NCBI GenBank assembly: GCA_964512285.1
Contig: CAZEJO010000008.1
Location: 1-60,174, forward strand
DNA from: an uncultured Dehalococcoidia bacterium
GTDB taxonomy: Bacteria; Chloroflexota; Dehalococcoidia; SM23-28-2
DNA length: 60,174 bases
Direction: 5' to 3'
Shown: in pieces, positions 54,683 to 60,174 of the stretch
How the letters are laid out: each line of letters begins with the position of its first letter
How positions within the stretch are numbered: the stretch's first letter is position 1
The notes under the pieces: generated by a model
The model's database searches: none
What the model was told of the DNA's origin: nothing
Seen by the model: only the letters and a program-made list of their open reading frames with translations
Translations under genes and position numbers: made by a program

Positions 54683-55777
54683 ATGGACTACATGCAGCGG
54701 GCTCTGGCCCTGGCCGGCCAGGCCCTTGGACGAGTCAGCCCCAATCCGGCGGTGGGCGCCGTCCTGGTGCGCGACGAGAAGGTGGTGGGCGAGGGCTTCA
54801 CACGGCCGCCGGGAGGGCCTCATGCCGAGGTCGTGGCCCTGGAGCAGGCGGGCGAGGCCGCTCGCGGCGCTACCCTCTACGCCAGCCTGGAGCCCTGCTG
54901 CCACCAGGGACGGACGCCGCCCTGCACCGATGCCATCATCGCTGCCGGCGTGGCCGAGGTGCACATGGCGATGCTTGACCCCGACTCCAACGTGAACGGC
55001 CGCGGTCAAGAGGAGCTAGCGGCGGCGGGCATCGCTGTGCAGGTGGGCGAATGCGAGGAGGAGGCGCGGCGGCTCAACGAGGCCTACATCAAGCATCGTA
55101 CCACCGGTCTCCCTTTCGTCATCGCCAAGTTCGCCGCCAGCCTGGACGGTCGTATCGCTGCCGCCAGCGGCGATTCCCGCTGGATCAGCGGGCCCCAGAG
55201 CCTCCGGTGGGCCCATGAGCAGCGAACGACGGTGGATGCTATCATGGTAGGGGCGAACACCATCGTGGTGGACAACCCCCAGCTCACCGCTCGCCCCGGT
55301 GGACAGGAGAGCGAACGTCAGCCCTTGCGTATCGTGGTCGATAGCGGTGACCGCACGCCAGCGGATGCTTGCGTGCTTCAGGGGCCGGGGCGGGCACTCA
55401 TCGCCACCAGCGAAGATTCCGGCCCTTCTTGGCGACGAGCCTTGGAGACGGCTGGGGCGGAGGTGCTGGTGCTGCCCGGCGATGGCGATTCCCTCGACCT
55501 GGGGGCGCTGCTGAAGGCGCTGGCCGAACGGGGAGTCCTATCGCTGCTGGTGGAGGGAGGAGGTATCCTCCTGGGCTCCGTTTTCGACCAAGGGCTGGTG
55601 GACAAGGTGCAGGTTATCATCGCGCCGATGATCATCGGTGCTGGCGAGGCACCGGCGGCGGTGGCTGGTCGGGGGGCCCATCGGCTGGCCCAGGCCTGGC
55701 GCCTGCGAGATGTGACAGTAGAACGATTGGGGGACGATATTCTTGTCACGGGATATCCAATGGAGAGGGGTGAGTAG
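54683..55777 (+). CDS. ribD: Riboflavin biosynthesis deaminase/reductase
   Basis: PNPAVGAV, HAE, LEPCCHQGRTPPC, SLDGRIA, DNPQLTAR, VEGG. Confidence 0.96.
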   Translation: MDYMQRALALAGQALGRVSPNPAVGAVLVRDEKVVGEGFTRPPGGPHAEVVALEQAGEAARGATLYASLEPCCHQGRTPPCTDAIIAAGVAEVHMAMLDPDSNVNGRGQEELAAAGIAVQVGECEEEARRLNEAYIKHRTTGLPFVIAKFAASLDGRIAAASGDSRWISGPQSLRWAHEQRTTVDAIMVGANTIVVDNPQLTARPGGQESERQPLRIVVDSGDRTPADACVLQGPGRALIATSEDSGPSWRRALETAGAEVLVLPGDGDSLDLGALLKALAERGVLSLLVEGGGILLGSVFDQGLVDKVQVIIAPMIIGAGEAPAAVAGRGAHRLAQAWRLRDVTVERLGDDILVTGYPMERGE

Positions 55778-56365
55778 ATGTTCACGGGCATCGTTGAGGA
55801 GGCAGGGACGGTAAAGGAAGCGGAGCGGGGACGACTGGTCATCGCTTGCAAGAAGGTCGTGCGAGGGACGCATCTGGGCGACAGCATCGCCATCAATGGG
55901 GTGGACCTGACGGTGGCTCACATGGAGGAGGACTGCTTCACCTCCAACGTCATGCCGGAGACCTATCGCCGCAGCAACCTCGGCCAGTTGAAGCCGGGCG
56001 ACCTGGTGAACCTGGAGCGTGCCCTTACCCTCAGCGACCGGCTGGGCGGCCATGTGGTGCGGGGGGTAGTGGAGGCCACCGGCACTCTTCTCTCCATCAC
56101 GCCCGAGGAGGACGCGGTCATAGTCCGCTACTCCGCTCCGCCCGAGATCATGCGCTACGTCATCGTCAAGGGGCCCGTCGCTATTGACGGCGTGAGCCTT
56201 ACGGTGGTAGACCGCGATGAGAGTTCGTTCGCTGTGTCCCTGGTGCTCTACACTCAGGATGTTACTAACCTCACTCGCAAGAAGCCTGGAGATACGGTAA
56301 ACTTAGAATCGGACATCATAGCTCGCTACATAGATCAGTTGCTCAAGGAGAGGAGCTCTGACTAG
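55778..56365 (+). CDS. ribE: Riboflavin synthase (alpha chain)
   Basis: MFTGIVEE, GDSIAINGVDLT, VNLERA, RLGGH.V.G, DGVSLT. Confidence 0.96.
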   Translation: MFTGIVEEAGTVKEAERGRLVIACKKVVRGTHLGDSIAINGVDLTVAHMEEDCFTSNVMPETYRRSNLGQLKPGDLVNLERALTLSDRLGGHVVRGVVEATGTLLSITPEEDAVIVRYSAPPEIMRYVIVKGPVAIDGVSLTVVDRDESSFAVSLVLYTQDVTNLTRKKPGDTVNLESDIIARYIDQLLKERSSD

Positions 56366-56412
56366 CGAATGTCTAGCGAGCAGGACTCGGCCGGGGGAGT
56401 GAGGGTAAAGCC

Positions 56413-57621
56413 GTGGTGATGGCAACCGTTGAAGAGGCAATTCAGGAGTATCGTCAGGGGCGCTTCGTCATCATTGTCGATGATGAGGATAGGGAGAACG
56501 AGGGGGATCTCACCCTTGCCGCCCAGTTCGTGACGCCCGAGGCCATCAACTTCATGACCAGATACGGTCGTGGCCTCGTCTGCAGCCCCATGACGGGCGA
56601 GCGACTGGACGAGCTGCGTGTCCCGATGATGGTGGGCGAGAACAAGTCGCGCTTTGGCACGGCCTTCACCGTCTCTGTGGAGGCGCGTGACGGCGTTAGC
56701 ACGGGCATCTCAGCCCACGACCGGGCCCGGACGGTGCGTGTTCTCATCGATCCGGCCACCAGGCCTGAGGATCTGGTGATGCCGGGGCACATGTTCCCAC
56801 TGCGCGCCCGCGAAGGGGGCGTGCTGGTGAGAGCGGGTCAGACCGAGGCCGCGATGGACCTGGCCCGTCTGTCTGGCCTCTATCCGGCGGCGGTGCTCTG
56901 CGAGATCATGAAGGCCGACGGCACGATGGCTCGTCTGCCCGACCTCAAGCGGTTCGCTGGGCGCCATCATCTGAAGATCATCAGCGTCAACCAGCTTATC
57001 GGCTACCGGATCCAGCGTGAGAGGCTGGTGCAGCGAGTGGCCGAGACTAAGTTACCCACCCGCTGGGGTGATATTCGCCTGATCGCCTACCGCAGCATGA
57101 TAGACCCCGACGAGCATGCCGCCCTGGTGATAGGCGATATCTCCACGCCGGAGCCGGTGCTGGTGCGCATGCACAGCCAGTGCGTCACGGGCGACGTTTT
57201 CCACAGCCTACGCTGCGACTGCGGCGAGCAGGTGGAGCTAGCCATGGAACGCATCGCTGGGGAGGGAAGAGGGGTCTTCGTTTACATGCGCCAGGAGGGG
57301 CGGGGCATCGGCTTCTGCAACAAGATCCGAGCCTACGCTCTCCAGGATGGGCAGGGCCTGGACACGGTGGAGGCCAACGAGGCGCTGGGCTTCCCCGCTG
57401 ACCGCCGCGACTACGGCATCGGCATGCAGATTCTGGTGGACCTGGGACTCAAGCGGATCCGCCTGCTCACCAATAACCCCCAGAAGCGGGTGGGCCTGGA
57501 GGGCTACGGCCTGGAGGTGGTGGAGCGAATCCCCATTATCGCCCCGCCGAACCCTCACAACATGCGTTATCTGGAGACCAAGCGCGACAAGTTGGGCCAC
57601 TTGCTGGACATCATGTCCTGA
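56413..57621 (+). CDS. ribBA: DHBP synthase / GTP cyclohydrolase II
   Basis: DDEDRENEGD, GISAHDRA, PGH.FPL, HSQC.TGD.F.S.RCDC, QEGRGIG, TNNP.K. Confidence 0.96.
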   Translation: MVMATVEEAIQEYRQGRFVIIVDDEDRENEGDLTLAAQFVTPEAINFMTRYGRGLVCSPMTGERLDELRVPMMVGENKSRFGTAFTVSVEARDGVSTGISAHDRARTVRVLIDPATRPEDLVMPGHMFPLRAREGGVLVRAGQTEAAMDLARLSGLYPAAVLCEIMKADGTMARLPDLKRFAGRHHLKIISVNQLIGYRIQRERLVQRVAETKLPTRWGDIRLIAYRSMIDPDEHAALVIGDISTPEPVLVRMHSQCVTGDVFHSLRCDCGEQVELAMERIAGEGRGVFVYMRQEGRGIGFCNKIRAYALQDGQGLDTVEANEALGFPADRRDYGIGMQILVDLGLKRIRLLTNNPQKRVGLEGYGLEVVERIPIIAPPNPHNMRYLETKRDKLGHLLDIMS

Positions 57622-57634
57622 CAGGAGGTATTTC

Positions 57635-58111
57635 TTGGCCGGCAAGACCTTCGAAGGACGTCTGCGAGGCGAGGGTGTGAGCATAGCCATTGTCGTCTCG
57701 CGCTTCAACGATCTGATAACCCGCCAGCTCCTGGCGGGCGCTGAGGATGGCCTGAGATGCCATGACGTGGAGGCGGAGAGGGTGGATGTGGCCTGGGTGC
57801 CCGGCTCCTTCGAGATCCCCGTGGTCGCTCGCAAGCTCGCCGAGAGCGGCCGTTACCAGGCGGTGGTCTGCCTGGGGGCGGTCATCCGGGGAGAGACGCC
57901 CCACTTCGAGTACGTAGCAAGCCAGGTCAGCAGCGGCATCGCCCGGGTCGGTCTGGAGACGGGCGTGCCCGCTATCTTCGGCATCATCACCGCCGACAGC
58001 CTGGAGGAAGCCCTGGAGCGAGCGGGCGGGAAGATGGGCAACAAAGGCTACGACGCGGTGGTGTCAGCCATCGAGATGGCCAACCTGATGCGGGGGATGG
58101 CCGGCGACTAG
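57635..58111 (+). CDS. ribH: 6,7-dimethyl-8-ribityllumazine synthase
   Basis: SRFN, VPGSFEIP, LGAVIRGETPHFEYV, RAGGKMGNKG; TTG start after AGGAGG. Confidence 0.95.
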   Translation: MAGKTFEGRLRGEGVSIAIVVSRFNDLITRQLLAGAEDGLRCHDVEAERVDVAWVPGSFEIPVVARKLAESGRYQAVVCLGAVIRGETPHFEYVASQVSSGIARVGLETGVPAIFGIITADSLEEALERAGGKMGNKGYDAVVSAIEMANLMRGMAGD

Positions 58112-58192
58112 GCGCTGCTCTCCTGAGCGTTGCCTCTGCGGGGATTGCCAGCTTTTTCTTTGGAGATGGTTCTGCGTTGGGTCGCTTAGCGT

Positions 58193-58447
58193 CTATTCGG
58201 TCACCCGATAGACTTGGTCACCGCTGCGGCAGCGCTCCTGCACCTTGATCCCCACCGAGTCCCCTGGGCCAGCCTCTTGGACGGTGTCGTGCTCGATCTG
58301 CATTGAGTCCACCGCCTGCTGGACGTCGGTGGTGTGACCCTTGATGTGGATGGTATCGCCCACCTTGAGGCGGCCGCTGAGATCAATGCCCGCCACACCT
58401 ATGCGGGCGAAGTAGTCTCTTACCCGACCGATCTCTTCTTCAGCCAT
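58193..58447 (-). CDS. Small EF-Tu domain-2-like beta-barrel protein (translation elongation factor-like)
   Basis: MAEEEIG.V.DYF.RIGVAGI, LKVGDTIHIKGHTTD, SMQIEH, GD.VY; GGAGG RBS. Confidence 0.85.
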   Translation of the reverse strand: MAEEEIGRVRDYFARIGVAGIDLSGRLKVGDTIHIKGHTTDVQQAVDSMQIEHDTVQEAGPGDSVGIKVQERCRSGDQVYRVTE

Positions 58448-58610
58448 GGCAGCCTCCATTCGCCTGGCCAAACGCACCCTTTTGACAGGGAATTTATCAC
58501 TGGTGGGCAAGATTTTCAATAGTCTGTGAGGCAAAGCATGGCATAATTCATTGTGTCTTTCAGACATATGTTTAAGTGGGGAAAATACTGCAAAACAGTG
58601 CTTACGCTTG

Positions 58611-58639
58611 TTGACACTGAGGCTTGCCCATTATACAAT
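58611..58639 (+). promoter_or_regulatory. Near-consensus sigma70 promoter
   Basis: TTGACA-N17-TACAAT. Confidence 0.8.
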
Positions 58640-58693
58640 CTGCCATGCGTCTCGAAAATCGTTGAAGATTTAGGGGACTTTAGGGAGGTTTGA

Positions 58694-59374
58694 ATGCGTT
58701 CTCGGCCTGCTCGTGAGGCCACGCAAGATCAGAGTCGCCCTAGCCGCTGGATCAGCCTCAGCCGGGCGTGCAATCTATTGGGGGTGAACGAATCGACCTT
58801 GCGTCGCTGGGCTGATGCTGGCTACGTTCGCTCTTTCCGCACCCCGGGTGGTCATCGCCGCTTTGCCGAGGACGACCTACGAGCGCTGATGGCCGGTCAG
58901 GGGCGGCCCGGCCCCGCCAGCTACGGCTCGCTGGGCCACCTGGCTCTGATGCGCATTCGCCGCCGCCTTCAGCGAGGCAAGAAGAGCCAGGCCCACTGGT
59001 ACACGGGCGTGCCTGAGGGTGATAGGGAGCGATTCCGTTCCCTGGGCCAGCGCCTGGTGAATCTAGTCTCCGAGTACCTGGGCCGGGGAAGCCGCCGCTC
59101 TCGACTCATGGATGAGGCGCGCCAGATTGGCGAGCAGTACGGAAAAGAGTTCGCCGATAAGCGGCTCCCCGTACGTGACGCCGTGGAGGCCTTCATCTTC
59201 TTTCGCAAGGGGCTGGATGACGCGGCCATAGAGCTGGCGCATCGGGGCAATCTATCGGCGGAGGAAGCGGTGGAGGTGTGGGAACTGATGGCCGGCCTGG
59301 CCGACCAGATCCTCCTGGCGATGGCGGGCGCCTACGAAAAGGTGCGACCCGCGCAGGCTGCTTCGGCGCGCTAG
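58694..59374 (+). CDS. BldC/MerR-like (HTH_17) DNA-binding protein with helical C-terminal domain
   Basis: SLSRAC.LLGV..STLRRWADAG....RTPGGHRRF. Confidence 0.85.
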   Translation: MRSRPAREATQDQSRPSRWISLSRACNLLGVNESTLRRWADAGYVRSFRTPGGHRRFAEDDLRALMAGQGRPGPASYGSLGHLALMRIRRRLQRGKKSQAHWYTGVPEGDRERFRSLGQRLVNLVSEYLGRGSRRSRLMDEARQIGEQYGKEFADKRLPVRDAVEAFIFFRKGLDDAAIELAHRGNLSAEEAVEVWELMAGLADQILLAMAGAYEKVRPAQAASAR

Positions 59375-59405
59375 TAGCTGTTCTCACCGGCGGCCAGGTT
59401 GTAGG

Positions 59406-60104
59406 ATGCTCGATTCGATTCGCGCCGTTGCCTTCGACTGCTACGGCACCATCGTCCGGTTCACCATTTCTGATTTCGTCGGTACCATGGCCGAGATCGC
59501 CCGCGCCCAGGGCCTTGAGGTCGAGTCGGAGGCCCTCTGGGACCGGTTCGTGGAGGCGGCCTTGGTCTTTCGGGGCGAGAACGTGGCCAAGCCCACCTAT
59601 CGCCGCTACGACGAGGCCTGGGCTTTCCAGTTCGAGCGGGCAACACGGGATCTGGGCTTCGAGAGCGATGGCGCTCTGGCCGCCCTTCGCCTCAAGGAGA
59701 AGCTGTCCGAGGCGGAGGCCTATGCGGATGTGGCCGAGGTGGTGGAAGCGCTGCGAGGCCGCTATCAGCTGTCCATCCTGTCCAACGCCGATGACGATTT
59801 CCTCCACGCCTGCCTGGCCAGGAACGGCCTGCAGTTCGATGTTGTGGTCTCCTCGGAGGTGGCTCAGGCCCTCAAGCCGGACCCTGCCATCTTCGCTCAT
59901 CTAGCGGGGGTGCTGGGCCTGGAGCGACACGAGATCCTCTACGTCGGCGACAATCCCATGCCCGACATCGTGGGTGCCCGACAGGCGGGGGTCCCAGTGG
60001 CCTGGCTGAATCGCTCTGGCCGTCCCCTGCCTGATGACGTGCCCGAGCCCGACCTCCAGGTTGGCAGTCTGCGCGACCTTTTGACTGCGCTCCCGGGCGG
60101 ATAG
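59406..60104 (+). CDS. HAD-superfamily hydrolase
   Basis: FDCYGT, LSNAD, KPDP.IF, VGDN...DIVGA. Confidence 0.9.
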   Translation: MLDSIRAVAFDCYGTIVRFTISDFVGTMAEIARAQGLEVESEALWDRFVEAALVFRGENVAKPTYRRYDEAWAFQFERATRDLGFESDGALAALRLKEKLSEAEAYADVAEVVEALRGRYQLSILSNADDDFLHACLARNGLQFDVVVSSEVAQALKPDPAIFAHLAGVLGLERHEILYVGDNPMPDIVGARQAGVPVAWLNRSGRPLPDDVPEPDLQVGSLRDLLTALPGG

Positions 60105-60174
60105 CCCGCAGGGGGCCAGTCCGTCTTGTTTGCCTGTCGGGGTTAGTGTATACTTTTGTCTAACCGTATACTCA

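Noticed and set aside
58694-59374. Prophage excisionase
   Set aside because: It has a long C-terminal domain, housekeeping neighbours and no phage or integrase genes nearby.
59406-60104. Haloacid dehalogenase call from DCYGT
   Set aside because: Motif IV (GDN..D) is of the general HAD phosphatase-like type, so the substrate cannot be assigned.
1-60174. CRISPR array, integrase, transposase, rRNA, intact tRNA
   Set aside because: No regularly spaced repeat-spacer series or recognisable motifs were seen by eye; the only tRNA-like sequence lacks its 5' half.

Overview
GC-rich bacterial window of about 60 kb. The gene content (F420-linked enzymes, SIMPL lipoproteins, MEDS/PAS signalling, ECF sigma ending in ELLP) suggests an anaerobic Chloroflexota/Dehalococcoidia-like organism; this is inference, not a database result. 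The left half (1-27.7 kb) is accessory and catabolic: the C-terminus of a glycyl radical enzyme, a modular secreted protein, hydrolases, an FrhB-like/iorA/iorB operon, an F420 LLM oxidoreductase, a tRNA 3'-half remnant and a sugar ABC transporter. It ends in a block encoding a hydrolase, an acyl-CoA ligase, a two-subunit B12-dependent acyl-CoA mutase with a heavily remodelled active site, an acetone-carboxylase-like acxABC and a GT4 glycosyltransferase. Two copies of a 40-bp motif bracket that block, which is the best candidate for an undescribed system. The middle holds an OmpR-type two-component system facing PDZ-protein/MacAB genes, a c-di-GMP locus, an archaeal-type glucose dehydrogenase, a methyltransferase and three tandem MFS genes with promoters repeating every 1431 bp. 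The right end is closer to core: pyrE, lepB, ECF sigma/anti-sigma, two SIMPL genes, ribD-ribE-ribBA-ribH behind a structured leader that is not an FMN riboswitch, a BldC-like regulator and a HAD hydrolase. No CRISPR array, integrase, transposase, rRNA or intact tRNA was seen. All calls were made by eye.
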